Shown: in pieces, positions 18,301 through 28,400 of the stretch
Position numbering within the stretch: the stretch's first letter is position 1
Layout of the letters: every line of letters starts with the position of its first letter
From: a virus
Virus record (IMG/VR): IMGVR_UViG_3300049846_000568
Coordinates: 81,809-145,808 of that record
Length of the DNA: 64,000 bases
Reading direction: 5' to 3' (one strand)
Notes under the pieces: model-generated
Database searches by the model: none
Seen by the model: the letters and a program-made list of their open reading frames with translations, nothing else
Told to the model about the DNA's origin: nothing
Translations under genes and position numbers: made by a program

Positions 18301-21274
18301 ATTCACCTGGCTTCTGAGCTGTAGGCTGACCATAGCCTTTATCGCCACCAAATGGTGTTGTGACTCCGTCAGCTAGCGCCTTGTTCAGCGACTGTCCGGC
18401 ATGGTCTTCCCTAACTGAGCCAAATCCCGCCGCTGGCTTTGTTGGATCTGGACTTACGATGTCAAATTTGCCAGTAGACATATCAACATTGGCGAGAGCA
18501 GCATCGCCTTGCTTAATCGCAATACCGCTCATTTGTGGCTTGCCATCACCAAATGGTGGGAAATGAACATTCATCTGAATGTTCTGTGCACCATATGCTT
18601 GATCTGCCAAGTTGGGATCGATGCCGGTGTATGGCGTACCATCTGGGTTATTGTTTTGATCCGCTAACTGCTGATCGACCGCACTTGGCTGAATAGGCTT
18701 CTTCCTACCCTGGCTTGCCTGTGGCTCATTAAACGAATCGGCGTTGTGTACAGGGTCTTCAATATTCTTCGTGTTTGGATCGTAGGCGGTGTTTTCCCAA
18801 GTCTTACTTGGACGGTTCCGCAAATTCTGCTGCACCAGGTCGTCATCAAAAGTCTGGAACGACTTAAAGTAAAAGTCGGGGTCTAGATGTCCAATAAGCC
18901 TTCTTTTCTTGCCACGAAAATGGAATATGTCGACCTCTTCATATACACCCAGAGGAAAATCTGGATAGGCGTTAAAGGAACTCCATAGCTGCTTAACCCG
19001 CAGGAACGGGTTACGCTTACCAAACATCTCAATGAATTCTTTTTGCTGCTCGTTAGAGAGCATTTCTCTCTTCTGCTGGAAGATATCGAAGTCCACCATA
19101 TCAAGCCGTACGTTGTAAGCGTGGGGTTGATTGGGGATGGTGTCGATGGAAAAGTTCAACGGCACGACATATTTGACACCACAGAGTGTTGTAATGACGT
19201 TCTTAATGCCTAGGAATCCCAACATGCCATGTGCATGTTCCAGCCTTGCTAGACCACTAATGTGATCGAATGCGCGGCGAAGTTTGATAAGGTCATCTTC
19301 ACCAAGCACAATCATGTTAACGCTAACTACGGCGTCCTTGCCGCCAATGTGCTGAAGTGTTGGCTCGGCCTGCATTTGAAGCTGCAGTCTTGCGAAGTTG
19401 TTGCCAAGCGAAACTGAGACGCCCTGAACCAGAACCTTACTCCAGTCAAGGGATAGCTTGGTCATTGGAACATCCCACTCAGCGATACGCATTTGTCGCT
19501 TTGCGTTTTCCTGATCCATGTACTGCTTGAAGAGCGGGGAATTCAAGTGCCCCTTGAACATGTAGTAGAACCATAGCTCTTTAACAAGCTTGGTGTCTGC
19601 CTCTTCCATGCGATCAGTATAGCCGGAACCCAGCTGTGTCCTACGCTGATTGACGCGCTCTCTAATGTAGGCGTTCATCTTGTCTTCATCCATATTGGTT
19701 AAGGCAAGGCCCTGGCGCTTTAGGTATTCGGTAAGTATATCGTATTCACTAATACCGCCATGAGGACCAGATGATGCGGCCTGGTCGAAGTGATCTAGGT
19801 AGTCGTATAGCGACTCGGGGTGAGCTAATGGGTTGTAGCCAAGCGTTGTTAAAAACTGGGCCCACAAATCCCGGCTTACCTCCAACTGATTATCTTCACC
19901 CGGCTGACGCCAAGCATAAGTATCTGGAGCGTATACCTTTACGGGCGTGTTGGATGGGTAGTAAATATCGAATTTGTTTGGATTGTCATTACCGGAATCT
20001 ATTCCAAGATCTGCCAGCTTAGAGAACGAACTCTGTGAAGATCCAGTACTATCAAGAATCTTTGCATCGCGTGGAGCTTTAGGGTCTGGGTTTTCTTTCT
20101 CGACAAGGAAGCCTTGATTCACATATGAGTTCAGCTTATTCGCAGCGCGCCCCATATACTGGCGGAATCTACCCCACTTAATAGCCTGGTTGAAATCCTT
20201 AACCATAGGTAGGAATACCTTATGGTTGAAGCTAAGAAGCTCAAGGTTCACCGCCAAACAGAATGGGTAGTTCGGCATGGTCTGTATGCTTATAGACTGC
20301 AGTGCCACTGCGGTAATGTCGTAAGTTCTGTTTAGGTATTCGTTCCTGATCGGGAGAATGGGCGAATACTTGAACTGTGCTATCAGACCGCGAAGGGAGG
20401 AGATAAACCTATCAATCTTCTCATCCGAATCTCTATCGAAATCAATATCCTCGTCAAGACCAGGATAGCCCCAAATGGATTCCTGGTTTGGGAAATACAG
20501 CGTAAGAGAGATTGTGGTATCTGTATGGCCGGTATTGAACTTTGGACTATTCTGCTGTCTGATAGCCCCACCGGTCATACTACCGGCACGGTAGCTCTGA
20601 TTTACCTGAATGTTAATCGGTGGAACAAAGAAACGAGAACCGCCAATCCTGATCTGGTAAGGAAGAGTAAGTGGGGGAGGAGTTTCATCGCGCTCGTGCT
20701 CGCTAAGCCATTGCGCAACCTTTGACTGGGTATCGATGAAGTCGCCAGCCCAAACAAACTTACCACTCTTGCCATTACTGAATAATTCTAGGTACTGTTC
20801 AATGGTCTGCTTTGGATCTTTAGCCTGTGCGGCGTCAATTACTTGCGCATTCTGCACATCCTTCAGGAACCTCTGCCACTTATCGTAGATAAACCTCAGA
20901 CGTGGGAAGTACCTAATAGCATAGCTGAGTAGTTCGGGATCCTGGGATAGCCTAACTAGCAGGTTGTTATACTGAGGATTAAACGCATGATCCGACTGGA
21001 TGTTGTCCCTGTTGTCGAAGTAATCTTCGAGGCTCTGCCAATTCTCTACAAGATTTGGAAACCCTAACTTGTTCAGCTCGTTAAGAACACGGGCCTGGAC
21101 CTCTGCCGACAATCTAGTAAACTGCTTGGATGGTTTGGTCCAACTATAGTCACCATCAGCTGGCTCTAGTGGGTACCCATCAACGATTACTGGATGATCG
21201 TGGATAAATATGCGGCCTGCTACCTCTTCCGGTGTGGTTTTCTTATCGTAATACTTAGACGGATCGTACGACAT
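12335..21274 (-). CDS. Giant baseplate hub / tail-tip protein with internal RlpA-like double-psi barrel and C-terminal thermonuclease (SNase) domain
   Basis: 2979 aa. Hub-like 'LKPGVRVHLRAGYS...IFNGTIT' and 'GEIFVLGDPDIRAHDLVYIAD...VEAVTHHFT'. 'RVAIKSRKTGKIVIAAIGDYGP...GMSP' is DPBB-like. 'VTKVEDGDT...RLSGVRAPE...WGRELA' is SNase-like. Confidence 0.75.
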   Translation of the reverse strand: MSYDPSKYYDKKTTPEEVAGRIFIHDHPVIVDGYPLEPADGDYSWTKPSKQFTRLSAEVQARVLNELNKLGFPNLVENWQSLEDYFDNRDNIQSDHAFNPQYNNLLVRLSQDPELLSYAIRYFPRLRFIYDKWQRFLKDVQNAQVIDAAQAKDPKQTIEQYLELFSNGKSGKFVWAGDFIDTQSKVAQWLSEHERDETPPPLTLPYQIRIGGSRFFVPPINIQVNQSYRAGSMTGGAIRQQNSPKFNTGHTDTTISLTLYFPNQESIWGYPGLDEDIDFDRDSDEKIDRFISSLRGLIAQFKYSPILPIRNEYLNRTYDITAVALQSISIQTMPNYPFCLAVNLELLSFNHKVFLPMVKDFNQAIKWGRFRQYMGRAANKLNSYVNQGFLVEKENPDPKAPRDAKILDSTGSSQSSFSKLADLGIDSGNDNPNKFDIYYPSNTPVKVYAPDTYAWRQPGEDNQLEVSRDLWAQFLTTLGYNPLAHPESLYDYLDHFDQAASSGPHGGISEYDILTEYLKRQGLALTNMDEDKMNAYIRERVNQRRTQLGSGYTDRMEEADTKLVKELWFYYMFKGHLNSPLFKQYMDQENAKRQMRIAEWDVPMTKLSLDWSKVLVQGVSVSLGNNFARLQLQMQAEPTLQHIGGKDAVVSVNMIVLGEDDLIKLRRAFDHISGLARLEHAHGMLGFLGIKNVITTLCGVKYVVPLNFSIDTIPNQPHAYNVRLDMVDFDIFQQKREMLSNEQQKEFIEMFGKRNPFLRVKQLWSSFNAYPDFPLGVYEEVDIFHFRGKKRRLIGHLDPDFYFKSFQTFDDDLVQQNLRNRPSKTWENTAYDPNTKNIEDPVHNADSFNEPQASQGRKKPIQPSAVDQQLADQNNNPDGTPYTGIDPNLADQAYGAQNIQMNVHFPPFGDGKPQMSGIAIKQGDAALANVDMSTGKFDIVSPDPTKPAAGFGSVREDHAGQSLNKALADGVTTPFGGDKGYGQPTAQKPGESLGRNDPMYQVQQMIEDVQYRSRSGRMVRAFPTYMLWLIDEGGNFAGTKLFDNFYGLQSVIDFSVHSSEDVLGDVMTLRLSNMYSKLDTPSSRMVRVNEDGTSLDLNPNNPSLAEILNDPNTIDQQLDKQIITKLDQGADNILSGTQNNYIRDLAGIRLKPGVRVHLRAGYSANPNSLQTIFNGTITQVTQGDIVEVVAQGDGIELSPYINTTDKDGDSGGIDGGINTGLWLSEPRDLMVRLLSMGSSTFRETFANAHNGKIFSENKFGIRHFGQILYEEMTSGEGERVLYVTEAIKAAKPDTGSDDPFAPGASKSGGWDNLVGNDSSTRTGVAAIMTQLWANSFRHRDYEIFKRNIYPGNGTGIAQYLGGDFPEAGIMIAEAAGADGGQAPIFKSPEVKRKADIERAKRGQTGTQDTQKDEQKKEDQTQDSGPSLGGFVEANVNGVTFGTYGLAKSGWDLFNKVMDGDLDDNPLLNALGITNHHDDDLKGFDEVSFRAQTYMKSVWDLFQVCAALLPNYVVAVRPFEDRSTVFYGKPHWLYTSGVIPVTTGIAKDDKSVKPIAPDEEQRRLLEKMRNMANPLADFEAQQKLFQSLNEVTAVNPAKTNVGMPYTGADVEGLPQFLDGSGKPITEESNSKVKLPFRQGPTVMEMHLPTDPDLQADVSKHLQSSNLPDKHKHPRYMDRVGGLRGGDPGFDPDAQDPNLPGQNGAFMYFNQPGFGPEEEQWYFNMRWPYVESTEQGNPKIPGHNQEDYRGKRVAIKSRKTGKIVIAAIGDYGPGGDLKIVAGMSPDCWYALGLDGVGTGTDDSVCFFGFVPQNTKLGPTDGSSSSGTSGTASASENPDSKSGSGGEVNTANVILSTATKAYANVLAPGADPKAFSSYTRGYLSSNINVWSVVEHYEDEKKDPIESVKRAADIDPVGHYARLLYDREYAQRIHTLVKKGVLGKEALLGSTELDFGSAFTDLGQLDQKQDPNDPTAKDDVKPGDVVQLAEMIWDQFRQSWGIGSKGDKYGVIAEIKESPWKTRRDYLFDADPETKKEFAPAEGDDKYDPLVDNAGRYTLEEEAYWQAASKNPPGARVSIWADGSIDEYDPDRADDKYDYLPTLLVGTFKKFLWQHPYARAWLVVTTDFNTSILPTDSMLATGVEFITGNWFGQGLAKAGATAVLGPVAFIIPPGKIEELTDAVNANELCDFGNSRVRLAWKEFLRITARDAFHGSDPLSNTEVKGPITDWTKKWDRGPNGELSDSATELLKWLQDYSDPGKKSQNPLARRLEDLSNSYNNTIGRLLSVSANSLQGLIALFRGQIQQLGYGLDMVGNMQRQARVLNRVLNDSIYYAEGSYLPDGRPDLLKMVDNPFTREYGEPVIEIREPFQRLHYIDSFQHILGNGIQENLNGVSTVVTASSDGKYPVTVYFDKGIQSNLQNEKAVETGIYWDNANGEGFFSFLHPLMNPIETLRGYSKAAQGSSDELLSKRIALWHLKESLKDIYQGEIFVLGDPDIRAHDLVYIADVYERMYGLVEVEAVTHHFTPEEGFITAITPNALVTINDPARWTFTKWITALFGAKNIRDDTRHHMGVFADDTSILRTRDWITTADLAQMLSVPMIGHTVYDGGANAIVKDFVAAKATGLYQTEADRMKLLEEVKSQGEAADQQKGGLPLGPQGGNPNNTDLLALQAGNIPGIGLLKDLGWDIWSWVKDNLLDQHGCYIQYLTKDGQPMDAGLSYAQGVAVGRFHTIELLPNILGIRVDTDGRITVNELLSNLGWNEVDTALAYKQTSWWVAQTQGHILDIAGLSPDGPMLDEQYIVSLMRVTKVEDGDTLNGIVVGGDLAANGANVELSFRLSGVRAPELANHQNPEYVPEDDIGLRAKEYLESIIPVGTVVVVRQLKSRPQEHWGRELAVVFHNAPDAPDVSREEVLMAQAGRIPDGNGGWKPSPVPAAAWDGYLDNGLPYTANWQMIMAGYADVDTTKLTLNDLDRGAILGPK

Positions 21275-21657
21275 TAGAACATCCTGTTTAACTTTGTCAT
21301 AGAGTGCATGCGAGCAATAGAGTTGGTTCCAGACTTACCCATAGTATAGTCTACCATAGGGCCTACATGATTTTTGCGTGCGGAGAAAGAGCCTGGCTTC
21401 AATGACCTTAGGTCTGTTGGTACCTTGGGACCACGAACGTGCTGTGTTGGGTAGCCGTTGCCATTCATCTTAAGCCAGGTTGATTTGGCGCTGTCAAGAC
21501 CTTCGGTAGACGCCTTTGGCCCAGATGTAGAGAAGGCCCTCGATTGCTTGCGTACAGTGCTAAGCTTGCCCCTTGCCCCGATTGAGGTTGATATGGCGTC
21601 CCATTTCTGACGTGAGCTTGCATCGGCTCCTACGTTTCTGTTTGGGTTACCAGCCAT
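21274..21657 (-). CDS. Small basic hypothetical protein (possible internal virion protein)
   Basis: 127 aa, K/R/S/G-rich with few acidic residues; tightly coupled to both neighbours. Confidence 0.6.
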   Translation of the reverse strand: MAGNPNRNVGADASSRQKWDAISTSIGARGKLSTVRKQSRAFSTSGPKASTEGLDSAKSTWLKMNGNGYPTQHVRGPKVPTDLRSLKPGSFSARKNHVGPMVDYTMGKSGTNSIARMHSMTKLNRMF

Positions 21658-21659
21658 AT

Positions 21660-24600
21660 CTATCTCCCAAAGGCTTCACGGGGATCTTGCCTCTTACGCG
21701 GAAGGGCACTGTATACGGATCCACTAGCTCTAGTACCAGTAATGGTCTCTGCAGCGGCGCGGAATCTGTCACTTGAGAACCCACCTCTAGCATTTACCTT
21801 GTATATAACGCCGCCACCATTGTTGACTACGCTATGAGGATCTTGCTGTGGCATATCTGGACTTGGCATGTCTTCATAGAAGCTGCCACCAGGCAGAAGA
21901 GGTGGTCCCTGGAAGTCATCAACAGATCTATCCTTGGTCTTCCTATATAGTAATGATGCACCGATCAATCCCGCAGCGGCGATACTACCTTTTCTGAAGC
22001 TGGGTACGTCCCACATCTTAGTGACCAAATCACTAATGGTCCTACCTTGCGGCCCGCGGCCACGAATACCGGCGGCGACATCCTTGGCCACATCGTATGC
22101 TGCAGCCCTTGCGCCCCTACTTTGCATGCCTTCGGTAACGAAGCCTGGGCTAATGTCCCCCAATATGTCATCACTTGTAATCTTCTGACCCGCTAAACGC
22201 CTAAGGCTGGATCGCTTGCCGGATGGAGATGGTGTTCTCAGCTCAAAATAAGCTCGGGCTTTCCAATATGCTGCCGTATTACCGAGATCTGACGCCGCAA
22301 ATTCGTCACCATACCTCTGCATAAATGCGCCCATGGCGTGAAGCGCTCGGCGCGTCATCTTGCCGTCTTCAAATGTACTTACAAATGCACGGCGCATTTC
22401 ATCACGAGCAAATGAACGTTTAAACAAATCATCTTCTACATCGACAACAGTTTTACCAAATAGTTCCTTCTGCATATGATTTGGCAATATGCCGGTTCTC
22501 TCGGCGTTAGCCATAGCCATAGCGTCATCGAAAGCCTGCTTCATCATGTCGGCGTCTTCTATGGCTTGGTCGTCAAAAAAGGTTCTCCTAAACGGATCAG
22601 ACTTCTCCATACCAGCAGCAGCTTCGTCAACATATTTCTGAGCTTCGAAGAGCATTCTTTCTTGTGCGAGCTTCGACTGTGCGTTAATGGATCGTGGATC
22701 TTCTGGACTCATAAGTAGTTCGTCTATGCCTCCGACACCGGCCAAACTAAACTCTCCCTGCATAGCCTTAAGGTGGCGCTCCATGTTGGCAATGGATGCC
22801 GAATTGCGACCATCTCCTGTTAGTCTTCCGGGATCTAGGATGTTAATTCCCATAGTTTGACGCACTATTAGTGCCGCCCTTACCATCCCTCGCTCAAGCG
22901 CCTGGGTGGCAAGCTCAACATCCTTTGGAAGCAGCGCCTCATACCCCTTAGCCTGACCCTGGGCAATGAGGTCGATGATGGGCTCCATTTCGAACGGTGT
23001 CAATATGCCCTTCGGAACTGGAGCGCCGAGGTTTTCCAATAAGATTGCCATTTGGTCAGACATTTCACGGACAAGCGAATAACGCTCAAGGGTATGACCG
23101 CCCTGACGTGCCGTATAGGCAATCGATGCCTGCATCTCTTCAGACAAATTGGGATACTTGGCGAGAATCTCTGTGACGTCGATATCTTGCGGTTCTGGCA
23201 AATACGGCATTAAGGCTCGTGCCCGCTGAAGAACATCTGAGTAGGTCTCAGAATTGAGAACCTGGATTGCAAATGGAACCTGTGCCGGGTGATCACCAAG
23301 TCTAGCTATTGTTTGGAGCCTTTGCTTTAGAGCTGGTGTCATCTCTGGTGCGTGCTCTCTCAGTATTGAGCCTATTACGCTTAGATTTAGAGCTGATGTT
23401 CTACTTGCCTTGGCAAAACCGAGCACCGGTCTACCATCATCCCCTACGAATGTAGCTGCCTCCAGTGCAGCTCTTAGTCCTTGATTTTGTGCGACGATTT
23501 CGTCCCCGGAAGTAAGGAGATCTGCCACATCCCAATAGCTTTTATCATCCAGCGTGCTAAGGCTCAACTCGCCAACACCAAGAGGAGAGCGCTTGGTTAA
23601 GGATACAAGATTATCGCCATCCCTATAAAGCAGAGAGGCCATCAAGTCGTCCAAGTCGGCACCGCCGTGAGTCGCAGCCAAACCATTGGCCCAGTCAAGA
23701 GCATTATATATGGTACCGTATTCTTGACTTATGCCAAAGCTGCCTTTGGCGACACCGCGTCCCCCTATGAGTCTAGTAAAGAAGTCTGTAGTCGCGTGAC
23801 CCTGAATAGAGTATGGGATAAGGCCAAATAGGTCGTCAGCTTTAGAACCTACTGTAGACTTTCGGAGGAAATCGATCATACCGCCAGCTACATCACGTAG
23901 CATTGCTTCGTCGTTAGCCGGGTTGATACCCATCTCAAGGCTAGTTAGAATTCGTCGCGCCCTTTCCTGCTGCTTGCGTAGTTCGGGTATGCTCTCCGAA
24001 CCAATAATCGACCTAATCATCGTTGGATCATTCGAATCTACATCCAGGATTCGCCGCATGTGTGCCTTATAGGCTTTGGGTAGTTCACCCGTTTCGAGTA
24101 GCGTCTTCATAGAGCCCTTGAATGCTTCAAGGTTGTATTGGGTGAAGGCCCCGAAGCCATGAGCTGCGTCGAATACTTCGTCGCCAGCCACAGCAAGGAG
24201 CTGCTGGTCAATAGGAACCCCTGCCTTCATATGGGTTATATGGAATGAGACACCCCTAATCGAAGCCTCTTTAGCAAAAGAGGCTGCTGGCGCAATAATG
24301 TCTGCCCCCAATACCTCGTCAACAGTATTGCCCAAAATGCCAGCCATATGAGATGCGGTGGCCTTCCACTGCTTTTCACCGATGACGTGTACGTCGCCCT
24401 TGATAATGCCGTTTCGGATCATCTCAAACGTCTCTTCGTCTAGGCCAGCCCTTTGCGCCCACTCCCAGTCAAAGCCACCCATACGAAATCCTTCTAACAC
24501 GCCCCCATTCTTGCGCAGGCTTTTAAGTCTCCCAATGGCTTCATCTAGCTTACGAAGATCTCTTTCGGTCTGCCTTCTCGCAGCTTCGGTAATATCTGTT

Positions 24601-25481
24601 CTGCCTAAGAATATCTCCATCTGAAGGAGGTCGTCCTCCATCGCCTTTTGCATGTTTGCGATGACGCGAGGATTAAGAACACTCTTACCTTCAACCATCC
24701 TCTCTGCGACTTCTCTGGTAATGCCGTCCATTGACTGGCCAGTCATCATGCCATACATTTCTGCGTAGTTTGTAAAGACTAGGGCCTTAATCTTATCGCT
24801 ATTGTCCATAGCAAATTCATCAAGATTGCTGATGACTTTCTTTCTCTTTTGGAGCTTTACAAAAGCCCGATCCTTAGCCATTTGTGCGGCCCTTACCGCT
24901 TCAGCTGGGGTTTTAGCTCCAGCTTCAGCCCTTGCTTCTATGGCATTGACACCGGAAGTCAAATCAAACAAACCCAAACGACGAGCTTCTGCCTCAATAT
25001 CTTCGCTGAAAAGCTGCTCTCTTTTTCCTGTAGCCAGGTTAATCTTGTATACCTGGGTAAGTACGGTTGTTTCTTTATCGCCAGTAAGAATACCGATTTG
25101 CTTTCCACCATTAGCGATGAGTTTTGCCAATGCATCTATATCAATTTTGCTGGAGTCAAGCGAAGTCCTCACAACTTCAATACGATGACCCTTATAGGAG
25201 CCACTGGCAAAGCCGCGAGCTATGCTCTGTTCGCGTGTATACTTCCAGAAACTAGATCCAGGAAGAGACTCAACAAAATCAGATGTAATAACATGCTGAG
25301 TTTTTACACCCAGCTTACTACGAGCAGTTTCTAATTCGTACATGTCCGTATAAAATGTCCCCATAAATTCGACACCCCAACGGCCGCCACGACGCTCCAC
25401 CTTATATCCACCCTGAGATTGCGCTTCCTTAAGTAAGGCGGCGTGAACCGGGTTTGCTCTGATTTCATCGAAAGTTGCCAT
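21660..25481 (-). CDS. Large internal virion protein; possible divergent two-barrel (YonO/RdRP-like) RNA polymerase
   Basis: 1273 aa; the ORF itself is clear. Function inferred from ordered motifs KLQKR, EGKSVLNP, FRMGG, IKG, DIIAPAASFAK, HGGADLDD, KRSP. Hydrophobic helix near the C-terminus. Confidence 0.45.
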   Translation of the reverse strand: MATFDEIRANPVHAALLKEAQSQGGYKVERRGGRWGVEFMGTFYTDMYELETARSKLGVKTQHVITSDFVESLPGSSFWKYTREQSIARGFASGSYKGHRIEVVRTSLDSSKIDIDALAKLIANGGKQIGILTGDKETTVLTQVYKINLATGKREQLFSEDIEAEARRLGLFDLTSGVNAIEARAEAGAKTPAEAVRAAQMAKDRAFVKLQKRKKVISNLDEFAMDNSDKIKALVFTNYAEMYGMMTGQSMDGITREVAERMVEGKSVLNPRVIANMQKAMEDDLLQMEIFLGRTDITEAARRQTERDLRKLDEAIGRLKSLRKNGGVLEGFRMGGFDWEWAQRAGLDEETFEMIRNGIIKGDVHVIGEKQWKATASHMAGILGNTVDEVLGADIIAPAASFAKEASIRGVSFHITHMKAGVPIDQQLLAVAGDEVFDAAHGFGAFTQYNLEAFKGSMKTLLETGELPKAYKAHMRRILDVDSNDPTMIRSIIGSESIPELRKQQERARRILTSLEMGINPANDEAMLRDVAGGMIDFLRKSTVGSKADDLFGLIPYSIQGHATTDFFTRLIGGRGVAKGSFGISQEYGTIYNALDWANGLAATHGGADLDDLMASLLYRDGDNLVSLTKRSPLGVGELSLSTLDDKSYWDVADLLTSGDEIVAQNQGLRAALEAATFVGDDGRPVLGFAKASRTSALNLSVIGSILREHAPEMTPALKQRLQTIARLGDHPAQVPFAIQVLNSETYSDVLQRARALMPYLPEPQDIDVTEILAKYPNLSEEMQASIAYTARQGGHTLERYSLVREMSDQMAILLENLGAPVPKGILTPFEMEPIIDLIAQGQAKGYEALLPKDVELATQALERGMVRAALIVRQTMGINILDPGRLTGDGRNSASIANMERHLKAMQGEFSLAGVGGIDELLMSPEDPRSINAQSKLAQERMLFEAQKYVDEAAAGMEKSDPFRRTFFDDQAIEDADMMKQAFDDAMAMANAERTGILPNHMQKELFGKTVVDVEDDLFKRSFARDEMRRAFVSTFEDGKMTRRALHAMGAFMQRYGDEFAASDLGNTAAYWKARAYFELRTPSPSGKRSSLRRLAGQKITSDDILGDISPGFVTEGMQSRGARAAAYDVAKDVAAGIRGRGPQGRTISDLVTKMWDVPSFRKGSIAAAGLIGASLLYRKTKDRSVDDFQGPPLLPGGSFYEDMPSPDMPQQDPHSVVNNGGGVIYKVNARGGFSSDRFRAAAETITGTRASGSVYSALPRKRQDPREAFGR

Positions 25482-28400
25482 TAGTAAACACCTGCATTAA
25501 CTTCTAGACGCGTTCCAGGGTAGGGCGTCCTAATCATTTGCACATCACCATGAATGCCATTTCCATGCATTAGGTCTCTCAATCTACTTTTTACATCCCC
25601 GCCTCTCGAAACGGCGTTGAAGGATGGGTAGGCGGGATTAACTAGGTTCGCTTCACGTACCTGCTGTGGATAGTACCCCATTTGGGACATATCCAACCCC
25701 ATACTCTGGCCCATCTTCACCTTAACCTGATCCATGTTTGTGTTCGGGTGCCACAGCGATGAACCAGGACCTGGTAGTTCGTGGTGTTCGAAGTACTCAT
25801 CTAGATCGGGCCTTGCCTCAACTTGACGACCCCACACAGCTTCAAGTGCCCGACGCTCCAGCCTTCCTGCCGTAGAAAGGATCCTGTCCCTCTCCTGCTC
25901 TGGAGCTTGCGCCATTGCCATAAAATGCTCTCTCTTGCGCTTTGGAATGGCCTGGGCTATCTGGTCCACTGGAGCATTGTAGACGTCTACCCCATATAGG
26001 GTGCTTGAAGCGCGGCGCTTATATTCTGACGCTGCCTGCATGTCACCCATAGTAGAAGCCATATTGGCGAGGTGTGTGTTCTTTACGTAGCTCAATATGT
26101 CGGTATACTCCTCAAGAGCTACTTCCTTGCGCCTGAACTCCGGCATGTACCGGCGACCAGTTACGGCTTCCTGAATCTTGCCAATCATACTGGAGGCAAA
26201 ACCTAAGCCTGCGCCAGCAACGGCGCCAATAACCTTGCCTTGAGCCGTCTTACCAAACAGGGTACCGGTACCACCAAGGACAAGGGCTGCCTGGAACGGG
26301 TCACGCTGAGTGGACTTATAGAGCATCGGCTCAAAGAAGTCCCTAATCGGATTTTGCCACTGGGGGAAAGTGGCACCATAGACGTTGAAGCGCTCCCAAT
26401 CCTCTACCGCGGTTCTATTTGGCATGAACTTGGTATTAAACGGGGTGTCGAAGTGTTGAAATGCCTCCCAACCTCGCTCAATAGCCTGAACCGTATTGGT
26501 TGGAATGGTGTACTTATGTTGGTAGGGCGTGAACTCGTGTTCTTGTGCCTTTGCTGCAACCTGGTCACGAGTAAGCTGAACCTGCTCTGCGGCCGATCCC
26601 TCAAGATTCCCAACGACCCTATCGATGCGCCTATACTCTTGAGACCATGGAGCTACATCGCCCAAGATCTTGTGGATATCAGCTATACCATACTTGCCGT
26701 ATCGGTCAGAATGAAGTTGATGTAGTCTTTCGTAACCAGTACCAGGAAGACGCATTTCGCCTTCAGAGATCTTAGTGTAAGGATCGCCGGTGCTGAAGTC
26801 TAGGTAATATCCAGAGTTGCTGTTTGGTAGCCAGGGATACTGCTGACCCATCTGGTTGCGAATCGGGTTAATGAACTCTGTACCGCTTCTCTCACGAGGA
26901 ATGAATCGGCGGATGATTTCAGAGAACTCGATGTTGGCGAAGTTACCTTCAAGAGGGCTAGGCACGTCGCCAAGACCGCCAAGACCAAGGCTCCAGAATC
27001 CGCGAGTAGACCCGTAAGCCCTGCCAGCGGAGTCGAGAACTGGGCGGGCGGTTGTGAGATCCTGATTACCAAAGCCCAAGGACTCTCGAACAGCACCGAA
27101 CGCGAAGCCGTAGATACCGGCCATTTCCTGCAGCTCATAACCCAGCTGACGTGACTGATATCCAAGGTTTCTCGTTGATGTTGGAGGTGCGCCGCCGATA
27201 ACTCTTGGCGACATTGCCCCAGGGGCCTGCACTGGGCCATAGGCACCAGAGTATGCTGCTGCTGAATATCCCGCGTTTGTGCTGCTAATAGAGCCGAAGC
27301 TAATGTTACGGCCTGTTGCCATAGGTGTTCGACCTGCGGCTGACATACCTGCGTTAGCGCGCGAAATGGCCATCCCCGCACCAGCAGCACTCACGGATCC
27401 AGACGCTGGCAGGAAGATTCCGCTCTTACCACTAGTGGCGCCTACCGTAGTCATACCGCCAGCGGCTCCACCGATAACAGACATAGCCCCTGGACTACCA
27501 GGAGGAGCAAAGTATGCGCCCTGTTCACCTGTTGGCAGGTATTGCGAGAGCCCACCTTCAAGCTCCTGCTTGTGCATCTTGATTTGAGGTTTTAGAACGC
27601 GACCTACTGTGGCGTTCAATGCGGAGCGGAGTGGACCCCAAGGACCGGTGAAGTATTCGCCCGATGCCGGATATGGCCTATCGGCATAGTGCTCACGCTC
27701 AAACCTATATGGGTCTAGAGGCCTTAATGGTGAGAAGTCATAACCAAATGCTAGACGCTCAAGAGGTGAACCATATGCCTGGTCTGTATAAGCATAACCA
27801 GACTTTAGTCGGCGGTACCAACTAGGCCTGAAATACTCAATGCGGCCACCCTTCCAAGGTGTGTTACCAAGTGGCCACCAACGGCCAGACCTAATTGGTA
27901 CTTCACCCTTGAAGATTTCATCGCGTTTCTGCTCAAACGTCTGACCACCAGGCATAACTCCGGCCAAAGCAGCCTGACCATATGCGACGCCAGTTGCTAG
28001 GCCACCAAGGAAGTAGGGGGAGTAAACTCTGTTCCCCTCTGCGTCCTTGGGGTTCGCAAAGCCACCGACAGTTCTGTCAAGCGCTACTGCTGTAGTACCG
28101 GCTGCGACCAGCGGTAGAATACGCTGACCAACAAGACCACGCGCATACATGTCCATTGGACTCTTGTACTTTGTTGGGTCCAGCGACATGCCGACAAAGC
28201 CAAAGCCCTTATTGAGACGATCTACAAGGTGGCCACTAAGAATTGAGGAGCCAGAGAAAGCCTGTCTATTACTCCAGGTGTTCATGCCCAGAACGCTAGC
28301 CACTGCCCCCTTTGGGTTACGAGCATACGCGGTGGCAAATGTCGGGACTAGCGCAATGTTGCCACTAAATGGATCGTATTCCTGACCATGATATTCATAT

